Source: the human T2T-CHM13v2.0 reference genome, Homo sapiens. From it: a stretch of 64,000 bases of DNA. The notes below the pieces were generated by a model. It was not told the origin of the DNA. It saw nothing but the letters and a program-made list of their open reading frames with translations, and made no database searches. Shown here in pieces: positions 27,568 to 41,872 of this stretch (its first letter is position 1; the number at the start of each line of letters is the position of its first letter). The DNA is taken from NCBI RefSeq assembly GCF_009914755.1, contig NC_060936.1. One strand, 5' to 3'. The translations under genes were made by a program, and so were the position numbers.

Positions 27568-28589
27568 AACAGGCTTTATATAATTATAATTACACTCACA
27601 GAAAGGAACGGCTTTTAGTAAACCCATTCATAATCAATATCAGATCATTTTTACTTTAAATAAATACAAAATATTTTCGTATTTATACTCTCAAATGTTA
27701 CATAGCCCAAGTCACTAAGCCAAGATTTTATTGATTCTTATGGCCCAGGGTTACAAATTCCTGTTCCTTTCAGAATCCCTATCCACAGTTACATAGCAAA
27801 TGTGAATAAGTTCAGGACAAAGCAGATGGAGAATAGCAGGGTTCATTAGGCAACATTCCAAGTGCTTGTTTCTGGCAAAAATGTAAAATGAAAAAAAAAA
27901 GCCACTGAATCCCTGACCATCACAAGTTCACAGCTCTGTGTGAATGTGATAATGATGGTAGTTAAATTAATGTGTCTCTCTTTGCTACAGGGCAGATCTG
28001 TGTTATTCCAGTTGTACATTCAAATACATACTGCATGCAGACTAAAAATCCAACTTTCCTAATATTAATGATGCCCTTAAATTATTTCCAGAGAAAATAT
28101 AAGAGATAGATAGATAAATAAATACATGCTTATATTCAAACTTCAGACATTGTTTTGAAGACAAATATTTTTAGTCCAAGTAGGAATCTACAAACTAGTA
28201 GATAATATTGATGTTACCGCAAAATCTGATAATTCCAGAACTTTTAGTGAAAGCTTATTATTGACAATCAAAGATAGAAAGTATAAGAACATTCTACATT
28301 GGTTCTGTGAAAAACAGCCTTACCTCTTTGTTCCACATGTCATCGAATTGGTGACTATTACAATAGATTTGATCTCTACCCACTCATTTCTTCATACCTA
28401 TGCCCTAACTTAGATATTTATAATAATACAGTTTCATTATAAGTCAATATTTCTAATCTTTAATTGTGTGCTATGTATAATGTCACTCTATGTGTACCCA
28501 GAGCATGGCCATATTCTAATTTAGCATGGTTTTCCCCTTTGACAAGTCTGTAATCTACTGAGGAAGACCTGATAATTCTGTGTTATGCA

Positions 28590-30040
28590 CACCACACTTA
28601 CCAACTCCTTTTCTCTAATGTCAGAGAAAAATTTCCCTCCACCTAAGACAAATATGTCAAACACTCAGCTCTATTATCCTTTTTTTCTTGGTATATTTAA
28701 CCTTTCTGTCCACTATAACCTCCTCTACAGCCTACAATAACACCAAATTTAAAAGATTTTCAAAATACATGAAAATAGAGACACAACATACCGAAACATC
28801 TGGGATGCCACAAAAGCAGGGCTAAGAGGGAACATTATAGCATTAAATGCCTACATTTTCTAAAAAATCGAAAAATCAGAAATCAGTAACCTAATACTGC
28901 ACCTCAAGGAACTAGAAAAACGAGAACAACCTAAACCCAAAGCTAGTAGAAAAAAAGAAATAACAAAAATCAGAATAGAACTAAGTGAAACTGAGACCAA
29001 GAAAAAGGATCAACAAAATAAAATTTGGTTCTTTGAAAAGATAAACAAAATTGATAGACCACTAGCTGGACTAACCAAGAAAAAAGATTCAAATAAACAC
29101 AATCAGAAATGAAAAAGGAGAAATTACAACTGATACCACAGAAACACAAAAGATCATTCAGAGACTATTATGAACAACTACGCTCACCAGCTAGAAAGCC
29201 TAGAGGAAATGGATAAATTCCTGGAAACATACAGCCTCCCAAGATGAACCAGGAAGAACTATAAACCCTGAACAGACCAATAATGAGTAATAAGATAGAA
29301 TCAGTAATAAAAATCTCCCAACAACAATAACAAAAGAAACCCAGGACCAGATGGATTCACAACTGAGTTCTACCAGATGTACAAAGAAGAACTGGTACCA
29401 GTCCTACTGAAACTGTTCCAAAAAATCAAGGAGGAGGGAATCCTCCCTAACTAATTTTATGAAGCAGTATCACCCTGATACCAAAGCTAGACAAGGACTC
29501 AACAAAGTCCCTCCCGTTCTTTAAAATGAAGCAATACCTTTGCTTTACTCTGCATGTTCCCACCACAACATTCCCAATCCATTGCCACACTCTCTCCTCT
29601 TTCCTTGTCAAATTTGCAATTATAACCTGCTCTATTTTCCTCTTATTCCTTCCCAACTCTTCTTCAACTCACTACAATCAGTACCTTTTGAAAATACCTT
29701 TGCCAAATCCACCAGTGACCATCTCTTGCAAAATCTAACAGACACTTTTAGGGCTTCTCTTTTCTCTTCTCTTTGGCCCTCAAAATACTGTCTCAACTAG
29801 TTCTCTCCTACCTCATTGACATTTAAGTATGCATCAGTAGATGTTTTTCTCTTTTTGTCTTATAAATACCAACTCCTCAAGGATCTCATCCTCAGCTCTT
29901 TTTTCTTTACACTCTGCTCTAAGAAATCTCATATAATTTACTGGTTTTAACTACCACCTATACACATAATAAAGACATTTTACAACTGCATCTGTGTTCC
30001 TGGCTTCTTCCCAAAGTTCCAGGATTCTATGAACAGCTGC
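28590..30040 (+). mobile_element. L2 LINE fragment split by the L1 at 28745-29507
   Basis: Pyrimidine-rich L2 body on both sides (ccaccagtgaccatctcttgcaaaatctaa, cctcaaggatctcatcctcag, ggttttaactaccacctata). Confidence 0.55.
28745..29507 (+). mobile_element. L1 (L1PB/L1MA-age) internal ORF2 fragment
   Basis: Recognisable ORF2 segments: gggatgccacaaaagcag, ttggttctttgaaaagataaacaaaattgatagacc, cccaggaccagatggattcac (PGPDGF), tttatgaagc..atcaccctgataccaaag; frameshifted. Confidence 0.93.
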
Positions 30041-31021
30041 AAATACTGTATATATGTATACATATTTGTGTTTTCATCTGTCATATAACCAAATTCTTCA
30101 TCAGACCATGGAAAACATGGACTAACAAAGATTTTTTAAAAAACAAAATGGTTAAAAGAAATAATGACATAATCACATCCATTAAAAACAGCTGTATTAT
30201 AATTAATATTTTGCCCCAAAATATTATGTCCCAAATTATGCATGTGCATTGTCTGTACATATATCTTAATGCCAAAACCTTTCTATACAGATCATCCATA
30301 TTTCCGCATGAGAAAAGCTTTACAGTCAATATGACCTTTAAAACAAAAAAATTATATAAGTAAAACATAAAGTCAGCTTAGATTCCCTTTCTCAGTTTAC
30401 ATTTTCATTAAGAAACATTCATCACCATCAAATATTCTCAATTCTTCAGCCTGGGAAGGAACAGCGCATCAGTACCTCTGATTTAACCTTGATACAAAAG
30501 AAGTGTGCCTGTTAGCAGTTCACATTATTTTAATAGCTACCAAAATGAACATACAGCATTGAGTTCATTTCCTAAAGAGAAAAATCTAATTCAACAAGAT
30601 AATGAGCATTTCTGAAAGCCCACCATGGGAATATAGTGGCTGCTTAGAGTGGATTGTCATTGATCAACAGTTACCCATGCTGTGGTCTCACATGGACTGA
30701 CTCACTGACCTGGACATAAACAGAATCCTGCTAACTTCATTTTTAAAGTAATGTTTATTTTAGGAGGATTGCATATCTGAAGTATTTCTTGACACCAGAG
30801 CACAGCAACTATCTGCATTTTTTGCTGTTGGATTTTGCTTTTGCCAATGGGAAAAAAATCCACTGTAAACAGAACCATTTGCTCATCTTGTACCCACTAC
30901 AAAAAGCTCTACCACTGATTGTTCTCACTTTCTTAATCATCAGCCTTAAAATATCTTTTTATACATATATGTTAATTAATAATACCAGTTGGAACAGGAG
31001 AAAAAGAATGCAAGTAGACCT

Positions 31022-31218
31022 GAGGTTACAAAGTGTGTTTTTAGACTACCTGTTTTCAGAATCACTTGAGTGCTTAAAGAACTAAAAATAAATATTTTTT
31101 AAAATAAATTTCTGGACACCCCAGGAAATTAATTTAATAGAATATTTATGGTAGAGCAAACGTCCATATTTTAATAGCCTTCCAAGGTGATCCTTGTGTA
31201 CACTAAAGTTTGAGAACA
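31022..31218. mobile_element. MER5-type hAT-Charlie DNA transposon
   Basis: tcagaatcac...ttttaatagccttccaaggtgatccttgtgtacactaaagtttgagaac end motif. Confidence 0.7.
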
Positions 31219-31331
31219 AGGTATGTTTTTATTGTATTTACTGAGTTGACTTTGGGCAAGAAATTAGAAGAAGGAATTCAAAGCAGAAGAGGTTGTCAAA
31301 GATGTTTTACCTATAAGAAAACGGGATTCCG

Positions 31332-31678
<347 letters not shown>

Positions 31679-32596
31679 TTAGAGAAGGTGCCAGTAATAC
31701 TCACCTGAGAAAATGCCAAAGAATTGAAGGCATTCTAGCATGAGGTCCTAGAGACCTCAGGGACCTAATAAATCACATTATTTACTGTCTACATCTTTAA
31801 GATTAGCCTGACTGCCTCTGCTCTCTTTCGAGTTAAAATAACCAACTCATTTCATTTCATTTTGCTGCACAAAAAAAGCAGTCACTTCAAGCATCCAGCT
31901 TGGCCCAGATATAATAATAAGGCCATGCCTTGGAAAGGAAGTGAAAAAGAATAAAACATGAACCAAAATTTTATCTCTTCTTCAATGGAAGCTGTGAATT
32001 ATGGCTAAAGATAAGCCGATAAAACTGTGAGCGATGCTCTGCTTTAAAAACAGCAGCGAGTGAAATAACAATTTGGCAACCAGCATGAAGAATGCAAAAT
32101 TTTCCCTGAAATGGAGATCACGTTTGAGGATGAAATTTTCTTATGTGAACAAGAATTTTTGAGTGAATTTAGTTCAGTTCTAACTGCTTTTCCATATCCA
32201 TAAATATTACCCTGACTCAGCCTTTCTCTCTCTTTCTCTAAATACATTTTCTGGTGGTAGCTATTATAACTCTTCTCCAGCACCAAGGAGATGTCTAAGC
32301 AGAAATATGCTAAAGCCATGTTTTCAACTATAAAATAAAATAATAGTTGACTTTGAAAGCATGATTTATAATTTTGTCTTTTTTTAAATTTCTGAAGAAC
32401 GTTGTGACAACATTAATTATTAGACTTTGTTTTTCTTCTAAACCTGTCGGAGGAATTAATAAAGTATTGCAGCGGAAGAAAAACTACGAGCAAACATATA
32501 TTTCAGCCATAAATTCCACATATGTAAAACTGAGGCAACAATATCTTCCCTAATTTCTTCATAGGCTTGATAGGGGCATCAAAGGGCAATATGTAT

Positions 32597-33025
32597 GTCA
32601 GTTACTTATTGCTGCAATAACAAACCACCCTAAAATATAGGCATCAGAATAAGAATCATATATTAACTAGGGATTCTGCAATTTGGACAGTGTTTAGCTG
32701 AGAGATTCCCCTAATGGTCTCTCCTGTGGTCAGTCATGAGAGGGATCTACTGGGCTTGGTTGGGCACAGTGTTCTCACTTACATGTCTGGACTTTTTTTT
32801 CTGGGCACTTCTGTTCTTCACATAGCTTCTCCAGCCTACGTCAAGAGAGTAAGTCACATCATGTAAGAATCTATCAAGCCTCTCCTTGCATCAAATTTGC
32901 TAATATCCAACTGGCCAAAGTAAGTCGGATGGCCAAGTCGAGGATCATTAGACAAGGAGATTACACAAAAATGTGGATAGATAGGTGTGATTTGTCAGGG
33001 ACCATTATTATTACAATCTATCAAA
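32597..33025 (-). mobile_element. MaLR solo LTR (MLT1 family)
   Basis: tgtcagttacttattgctgcaataacaaaccaccctaaa...tttgctaatatccaactggccaaagtaagtc. Confidence 0.75.
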
Positions 33026-34479
33026 TGTGTATGATAATTATTTTGTAAATGGCAAAGAATCATACAAATATAAGTAATTTAATAGTAAAAGTTAGAATAG
33101 TAAAGAATTATAAAAATAAATTTGAACTAAGTTGATCAATGTCTTCCCTCCCTCGAACATTGATCTTGTTTGCTACCATGTAATAAATTTGATTGATTTA
33201 AATTTTATCACGTTAAAAAATATCCTTCAAGGTTTATGTCTGTGGAAACACATTTGGGATACATGTCTACTCATGAATAAATGGAAAAACCAAAACGCAG
33301 GCAGACAAAAAAGAATATCTGATATATAATGACCAAAAAAGAAAAAAAAAGTGAAGAATAATCATAGACTTCAGTGAATTAAAGATTAGAAGTGGAGATG
33401 CATAATTTATAAAACTTTTAATGTAACGATTAATGTCATAGACTCAGGAAGATGAAAAGAAATTGAGAGATTTTCTATTTCCTCCAGAACACCATTTAGT
33501 ATCATGCCAAGAAAAAAAAAACAAAAAACAAACTTATGCTTTAAAAAAGTGGAGGAAAAAAAAAGCCATCTCTTCCATTAGCACCATTTAGTAAACAATG
33601 ATTCTCACTGTGGGAAATACCTTTCTTGTTTCTAACTTCTGCTATTCATGCTAAAACTTGGGCTCATTTTCTTTGCTCTTGTCCTTAGGCAAACTGAATG
33701 AAAACTGGTTACTCTCTTCACACAATTGCATAACCCACCATACACTTGAAGGCTGTTCTTAGACACCTCTTATTTTTCTCTTCTTTGGGCTAAGTTGCAG
33801 TTTTCTAACCTGTCCCTCAAATGTTTTATTTTCAAACCCTTCAACCACTTTCACTGCACTCTTCTAAATTCTCTCAACAATGTCAATACCCATCTCTAGG
33901 GAGTGAGGCTTCTTTATCCTAGGTTGTGATTAACCGGAGAAAACTATAATGCAAAGTTAACCTCTGCAACATTAGATTATCTTGAGGATTAAATAAATCG
34001 ATAAAGTTTCTTTAAATGAGCTTAAAACAGTAACTAGTATAAAATAGCAAGTAGTAATTACAGTAGTAGTGATAGTAATTATTTGACACTTTGATTTTAA
34101 ATACTATGTGCTGGCACTTTTCCTAACAGAAACACATTTCTGACTAATATGTAGCTCTCTAACCCACACTGACTGCTGGCTCTTCTTCACCTTTATTCAG
34201 AAAGAATCAATGATTTCCATTTAAGCATTCCATTTTAAAAAATTTATTCATTTATCAAAATCATTCAGAATTTGAATCCATCTTCTTACTTTCAATGCGA
34301 TGTTTCCATGTTTGAGTAATGTTGTGGCTAATATAAATTTAGTATAATGTATTGGATAAGCCATGTGGTCCTGAGACTGGGTTGAGAGAAGAACAATACT
34401 CTTTAATGAGTATTACTATGTACCAGAGTAAAAAATTTTACATGCTTTGAAGCATCATCTAACGTCATTCAAACAATAA

Positions 34480-34880
34480 ACAATAGCTAACATGTATTGA
34501 GCATTTACCGTATGTCATCCTGTGCTAAGCAAATTATGTGTTATTTCTTTCATCCTCACAAAAATATACTGCCTTAGTATTCACTCATTCTGTACTCATT
34601 TTATAAATGAGGAAATTAGGTCTTAGAGAGGTTAAGTGACTTGCTTAGAGCTACGCAAGTAGTAAGAGGGAATACCTGAATTCAAATTCAGGTCAGACTC
34701 TAGAAGCTGATTACCTAATCCTTAAATAAACTTCCTGTACAACTGTCACTAAAAATCCTGCAAAGGAGTTATCAGCTTCATTTCATAGCTGAGAAAATTA
34801 AAGCAGAGAAAGATTAATAATTTGTCCAAGATCCTACTTTAAATGGCTAACCTAAGACTTGAACACAGTCTGACTTCACG
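34480..34880 (-). mobile_element. MIR SINE (near full length) plus adjacent MIR fragment
   Basis: atagctaacatgtattgagcattta...cattttataaatgaggaaattaggtcttagagaggttaagtgacttgc. Confidence 0.8.
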
Positions 34881-35119
34881 ATTAAAAACAAACAAAACAA
34901 AGAGATAAGACAATTGTGGTCCCAGAAAGCACAAATCTGCAAATGTGAATTTCTCATTATACTATTTAGACAGACTTGTCATTTACAAGTCAAAAATGAA
35001 GATTTGAAAATAAAATAATAATAAAAACAATAGAATCTGTGTGCTAAACAGTTTTTGAAGCCCTCTTGAGTAAGTGGTGTCACTGATAACTATCATTGAT
35101 TAAACAGGCACTCTACGTC

Positions 35120-35560
35120 CAATATAGCAAACTGCCTGCAAGACTTAGTGGCTTACAACAAATCATTTATTTTGCTCATAGATCTGTAGTTTGAGGAGGA
35201 ACAGACCACTTCTGCTCCATGTGGCATTAGTTGTTGAAGGTTTGAATGGGGTTCCAGAAGATTCACTCATGACTTGAAGATAGGTTTAGATTGTTAGCTG
35301 GGAGTCAGCCAGGAATATTGGCTAAGGGCCTCAGCTCCTCTTTTCATGGGCCCCTACAAGGGTTGCTTAGGCTGTCTCACAGCGTAGTAGTTGGATCCAA
35401 AAAGCAGCATCCCAAGACAATATACATTAAAGCTAGGTTGTCTTTTATGACCTAACCTGAGAAGTCACACAGTGACACCACTATAGCCACAAGTCCGCCT
35501 GCTGATATCCAAAGCAAGGGAACACAGACACCACCTGTTGAAGAGAGGAGTGTTAAAGTG
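35120..35560 (-). mobile_element. MaLR solo LTR (MLT1 family)
   Basis: acttagtggcttacaacaaatcatttattttgctcat...ttttatgacctaacctgagaagtcacacagtg. Confidence 0.7.
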
Positions 35561-37096
35561 ATAAAGTATTTATTCCCTCGCACTCCTTTTACTTTAAAAG
35601 TTTCATGATTTAACACCAATTAATAATTTTAGGCCCATTCCCAACTCTCAAATCCAAGAGGATGTGGAAAGCCCTGATCAAGCAGTTCTGCATCCTCAGA
35701 ATGGGTCCGTCTCAGAGGCCTTTAGAAATGATGATGTTAGTGAAAGAATATCATCCTGGAAGTTAGGAAATTCGAGATCTAATTCCAGGAGATTTAACCA
35801 ATTTGTTATATAATTAAAGTCCCTACAAGTCTCACTTCCCTCATCTACGAAGTGAGGGAGTTGACCTCGGCGATCTCCAAGGCCTCTGAGATTTATGATC
35901 AAAGTAACTTATTTCCTACCTATTCTCCTGTACTTATGTCTCAAACTTCATACTCTACTGCCCATCCAGAAACAGAATTTTTCTGCCCCTGAAAATACAT
36001 CTCTGTTAGTAGGCACCTGCTGCTACAACTTCTCAGAGGACAACCTGCCTTCCAGAATTTCCATCAAGTGTACCTCTTTCATTCAGCTGCCACACCTGAC
36101 TAGCGAGGTAGACACTACATTTGGTAACTGAACTGGATGTGGTTCCAGGCCCCTGCCTTTTCTGACTTATCTTCAGATTCAAGCCCTACATGCCTGTTAT
36201 TAAAATAACAGGCTCTGTCCTTGATCTTGAGCTCTCCTTAACATTCATCTAATCAAAAAGGTTCTAATAGAAATCCCTGACTTTATGACATAAAAATTCC
36301 CACTGTCATTTGATCCTGGATTCTCATGTTTATTCTTCATGCTTCTCCCTTTCTAGAACTGTATTTTTAAAAAACATCTAGTGAGTTGTATTTTTCACCA
36401 TGACATTTGCTTCTACCTGCAAAAATAATAGAAAACCTTACACAAAATCTTCTGTAACTCAGATTGAAAACTCTTATTATGTATAATTTGTTTGGATGGG
36501 AGTTTTAATTAGACATGTAAAACTAATTTAAGTGTCAGCAATATTTTTTCTAATATGTCTGCTGACATATCCTCTATCTGATAATAAAAATGATGCACAA
36601 AAGGTAAAGATCATTTCATGGGAGTGAAGATTACCTAGGAAAACATCACCATTCATGGTGAACATCCATTTTTATATGACTGACATTGTATTAATAATTA
36701 TGACAGTTTCACTTGCCACCAAAAGGGGAAAAAAGCAGAATACCAGTTTTATTGTACAAAGATAGATTCGTCATTTGTATTGCCTGATGAATATTAACCA
36801 TCATTACTTTTTAAATTAATTATCTTTTTTAAAAAATTAATATGTCATAAGCATCCTCAGGGCACTAACTATTCTGAAATACAAGTTATTGGAAGACATG
36901 GGTATATTCCTTACATATCTTTAAAATGCAACACGGTAGGCTTATCATGCATTCACATCATGTGATAGAGCAGATATAATCAGTGAATTAGTAGAGTGTT
37001 GTCCCACTAGTACATTAATGTTTTATTCATTAAATTATTAAGTCGTTGGCTACTGCACTAAATTAGGGCCACTAGAACTCCAAAGTATGCTTGTAT

Positions 37097-37214
37097 AGGC
37101 AAGTGTAGTGGCATATGCTTGTAGTTCCAGCTACCTGGGGGGTTAAGGCAGGAAGATCAATTGAGCTCAAGAGTTTGAGACCAGCCTAGGAACCATAGGA
37201 AGACTGTCTGTAAA
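37097..37214 (+). mobile_element. Free Alu monomer (FLAM-like), diverged
   Basis: ggcaagtgtagtggcatatgcttgtagttccagctac...gagtttgagaccagcctagg. Confidence 0.8.
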
Positions 37215-37252
37215 ATATATATATACACATTTTTGTGTATGTGGGTGTACTT

Positions 37253-37286
<34 letters not shown>

Positions 37287-37287
37287 G
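37215..37287. repeat. (TA)n/(TG)n compound microsatellite
   Basis: Seen directly, following the FLAM tail. Confidence 0.85.
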
Positions 37288-38419
37288 TACAACACACCAA
37301 AAACACATTCCAGAGTTTCTTCACCATTTTAATTTGTCCTTATTTATAGCCTAACTTTATAAATACTTATACCTTGTAAATACTTCATTAACGTCACTGG
37401 GCCATCAAAATTCCAGTTGGTGTTCAAATTGTGAATTGTCTACGGTGAATGGTTTCTTCCTTTTGACATGGACATTATATCACCAAGACTCAGGAAGTAG
37501 AGTCTTTCCATAATCGAAATAGTCAGAGTTCCTCACCAACTCCAAATCTCATTAAACTTACAGTCAAGTGGATGAGAGAGTAAAAAAAAAAGGAAAAAAG
37601 GGATTATGCTTATAGAGCCAGCAATGTGATTCTCACAAATCCATTGAGGATATTTTAGACCTGCTCTGATCTTCTGTGTCTTTTTACTGGAAAAATTACT
37701 GAGCCAGAAGGCTAAAGCCTTGCAACATCTGTGTGCCAGTTATAAATTCAGAACCGAGTCATTTATCTGCCCACCTCAATTTTCCCGTTCCCAAGCTGAA
37801 AGGGTTGGTCTATGTCTTAACTTAGTAAAAACTTTGGATCCTCTCCAAAAAAAAAAAGTACCTCAAACAATTAATGTATGAAATTTCAGGAGATTCAAGT
37901 GCTTCTTAACACTTCCCCATGTTCTCTTTAGCACAGCATTTTAAACAATCCCAAGTTTAAAATGCCTGGGCCAAATGATTTCTAACACTCTATGAATAAA
38001 TAAATAAAGCTCTATAAATTTTACATTGGCTTCTGTTTATTTACATGCTGGGTCTAAGCCAGCTACATTAAGCTCATATCCTATTTTCTTTTCTTTTATT
38101 AAAAAAAAAAAGACATTATCCTTGTAAGAATTGCATAATGATTACTTTCAAAGTCTTTCTACATTTTTAATCTTATTTTATATGACCCCGTTAATATACA
38201 GGTTCAACCATTCCTTGATCATCATCTGTCATGTTTTTCTCATATTTATTTTCATATTGAGGCTAAAACTGGGGGTAATAATTTAAAACATTTAATCAGT
38301 GTCAAGGATAGTAGAAAGATAATTTCTAGTGTCTTCTTGTTGTATATTCTGGTAAATAGTGCTACGTATATGTACTAAGATTTTTTGGGTAGGGAAGAGA
38401 ATTAACTGAAATATTTTGA

Positions 38420-39500
38420 AAATATAGAAAAATATAGAATATGGTAAAATGAACACTTTCATGTCCATCTAGAATTAATATATATTACTGTTGTATTATA
38501 TTTGTTTCAGGTCTTTTTCTTTTGTTGTTTATTTTGTTTAAGAAATAAAATGTTACAGCTACAACTAAAGTCTTACAGTCTTACCAATTTTTTTTTTTTT
38601 TTTTGAGATGGAGTCTCCCTCTGTTGCCCAGGCTTGAGTGCAGTGGCGCGATCTCTGTTCACTGCAGGTTCCACCTCCCGGGGTTCACACCATTCTCTTG
38701 CCTCAGCCTCCCTAGTAGCTGGGACTACAGGTGCCCACCACCACGCCCGGCTAATATTTTGCATTTCTAGTAGAGACGAGATTTCACTGTGTGAGCCAGG
38801 ATGGTCTCGATCTCCTGACCTCATGATCCACCTGCCTTGGCCTCCCAAAGTGTTGAGATTACAGGCAACAACCTTACTGACTTTTATTTTTCATCAGAGA
38901 TAATCACTATCCTATAGTTGGTTTATTTCATTCCCATGAAGAGATTTTTAACATGTAGATATACTCACCAATAAAAGAGATACAATATGTATTACAGTTT
39001 TATGTGACTTAAATAATTTATATAAGTGACATCTCTGGCTGCTCATTTGAATATTGCTTTTTATGGAACATTTTGATTTTGAGATGTATACATGTTATTA
39101 AAAGTAGATCTGTTTTATTAATTTTAACTGCTGTGGAATAGTTTAGTATATGTGTAAACCACACTTTATTTCTTTAATCCATCTCTGAAATAGATTTGTT
39201 TCATATTTTTGCTATTAAAAATAGTGCAACCATTACCATGCTTGTGCAAGTGCATGAATTTCTCAAGGATACATACCTAGAAATAGAAATAGAATTGCTA
39301 AGTCATAAGATATGTGCCTCCTCAACTTCAATGATTGCTGATAAATTGATCTGTGTAGCAACTGTAACAATTTTAACTTCCACCAGCAGTATATAAGAAT
39401 CTCCATTTCCTCACATCTTAGCAACTGTTAGTGTCATTACATGTATTAATCATTTTATGTGTATATAATGTAACCATTGATTGGTTTAATGTGATTCCCG
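38420..39500 (-). mobile_element. L1ME-type 3' region (antisense), interrupted by Alu
   Basis: ttttgctattaaaaatagtgc...agaattgctaagtcataag...cccaccagcagtatataagaatctccatttcctcacatc. Confidence 0.75.
38588..38866 (-). mobile_element. AluY-type SINE, slightly 5'-truncated, inserted in old L1
   Basis: Poly(T) 38588-38604; ggttcacaccattctc, ggatggtctcgatctcctgacctc; ends at gattacaggc. Confidence 0.93.
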
Positions 39501-39990
39501 AGGAAACACTTTTCACTGAGTCTTTGAACAATTGTGCTGAGGTCTGAGTGAGAAAAATGAGAAAATAAATATAAGCAAAACAAAAAGTACCAAGGATCTG
39601 AAAGAAAAATAAAAACCTTAATATTTACACATCATAAGACTTTATACTTAGAAAATACAGGAGAATCCACACAATTTTAGGTGCAATAAGAGAGTTTAGC
39701 AAGTTTGCTAGCTATGTGATCAATACTCAAAAATTCTTACCATCCCTTTAAAAATGAAACATTTTCATTTTATTGTAACATTTTAAAATAAATAATTACA
39801 TTTTGTTGACAATAGCAATAAAAACAATAAGACACCTAGAGATAAACAAAATGTGTGCAAGGTATTTACAGACAGAAACATGAAATTTTATACATTATAA
39901 AAAATGACCCAAATAAATGGAGAATTTTTTTTCGTGGGAAAGAAGACAATCCTCCTCATACTAATCTATTATTTCAATGAAGCTCTGATT
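39501..39990 (+). mobile_element. Old L1 ORF2 (RT-region) fragment
   Basis: tatacttagaaaatac...gagtttagcaagtttgctagctatgtgatcaatactcaaaaa resembles the YLENP...FSKVAGYKINIQKS region. Confidence 0.65.
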
Positions 39991-40700
39991 ATTAACCAGA
40001 CAACGTTTTCTTAAAAGTTCACTTTCTTACCATCATATTCACACTGAATATTAGGCTTTTCACTAGACCAACTTACGACCTAATTGACTTAAAGTCAGTT
40101 GAATGTGAAAATAAAATTAAAACAATCCAAGAAGTGATAGGTTTTAAAAGAATAGGAAAACAAATAAAAACTATAGTCATCATCTAAGGTGGTCAGAAAA
40201 GATGTTTACATAATTAAATTTGGACCTGGAATTTTAGTTAAAACTTAAATAAATAGGATAGGGAAAAAGTGTCATTCCTGCAAGACGAAATTTTCTGAGC
40301 AAAGCACAGACATGACACATGGCTTGGCCAAGACCACAAACCTAGTATTTATGGAAAAAGACATGGATAGATCCTAGGGCTTCTTTCACCACACTCAGAC
40401 GTTACAGTTTCCAAGCTCTAGCCATGAAGAGACCAAAGTAACCTAGTTTTCAGATATCTAAGGTACACAACAGTTAGTGATCTGGAAGATATTTCTGGGG
40501 CAAACATTCAAAGTTTAGAGTTTGAAAGGCAATGAGTAAATATAAAAAGTATTATAGTCCAAACTACAAATACATTTAAATATCAGACTTAGGAGTTTGG
40601 ACTTCACTATAAAAGCTAAAATTAGCAAAATTTTATTGTGTAAAAACTAAGTAAAGAACATGGGCTATTGATTAAAATTTATAGCATCCAAATTGTAAAT

Positions 40701-40831
40701 AAAAGACAGTACATCTCTCTTTTCCCCATCCACTTTTCCCTACAATGTATACATATATCAGAACATTGCATTGTAGCCCACAAATATATGTAATTATCAT
40801 TTATCAATCAAAATAAAAATTTAAAAGACAG
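40701..40831 (+). mobile_element. Very short L1MA-type 3' end with aaaagacag TSD
   Basis: acaatgtatacatatatcagaacattgcattgt...aaatatatgtaattat...aataaaa; aaaagacag on both flanks. Confidence 0.65.
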
Positions 40832-41849
40832 CACTATGTCCTCCAAAGTATACAATCTATGATTCATTGTCACATGGTCCTAATCTTATCCTTTACATGA
40901 CTAGTAAAAGAATAAATGACATAACCTCCATCGAAACTGACAACCATAAGCTCTTCCATGGCTGACATGGGAGCTGTGACAACTATTCATTCAAAATGAG
41001 CTCTCAGGAAATATTTTCCGCCTTGATTTTCTTTTAATCTAAGCATCCTTAGGTCAGGAGGTCTGCCTGCCCCTAGCTGTATAAATGATAAACTGGAAAT
41101 ATTTGTTTTCTTTTGTTTTTCCTTCAGCTTATGTCTTCCTATTTATTTTCTTCTTATTTTAGTAATTTAAAACAAGAAAGGCTAGCTTGGTGACTATGAT
41201 ATTTCAATATTTCCTTTTGAAAGATTAAAAGAAGATATATGCTGTGTATTTCATGTTATATTTTTTAGGTAAAATAAAATTACATTACTTTTTTGTTAAC
41301 CAAAAACATAAATCAATGCCTATTACTAAGCGTTGTTGTGGTTTTATTGCTTCTCATCAAACTTTGGCCAATTTCTTTAAAGAACATTGAAACTTTTTTG
41401 GCTTCACATTACCTAATATCTTTCTAGAAAAGTAATTAGTCAATATTCTGAATTCAGTTTTGTTTATTTTGTTTCTTGTTTTATCTTTGCCTCAATTTCA
41501 GCTCAACAATTTGAGGATTTCCCCATCTGGAAATGCAAACCTTTTTTAAAATGGCATTATTTCTTACATTTTTATGTCACATTACATTTCTTGATGTAAA
41601 TGAGTGTGAGCATCTTTTTGGTGACTGATATACAAAAAAAAAAAAAGAATCATAGAGGAAATTGAAAACTGATATCATCTTATCACTATCTACCAGAATA
41701 TTAGAATGTGAAACCCAAGTGATGAATGGCCAATTCCCAATAACTCAATTAATCAAGGCTGAATTTTGGAAATCTCTATCCAGTCATTTAAAAAGTTAAT
41801 GGTTTGGAAAAGTTGGAGGAACTCTGTATTTGTGTCTGTGTGTGTGTGT

Positions 41850-41872
41850 GTGTAAAGTATGTAATTTATTTT
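41850..41872. repeat. (TG)n microsatellite
   Basis: Seen directly. Confidence 0.8.

Noticed and set aside
31704-31765. Minus-strand consensus donor CAG|GTGAGT next to an Alu tail
   Set aside because: The upstream acceptor lacks a polypyrimidine tract; isolated donors are common by chance.
32070-32203. Protein-like acidic frame (EECKIFPEMEITFEDEIFLCEQEFL)
   Set aside because: Bounded by stops within ~45 codons, with no good splice acceptor.
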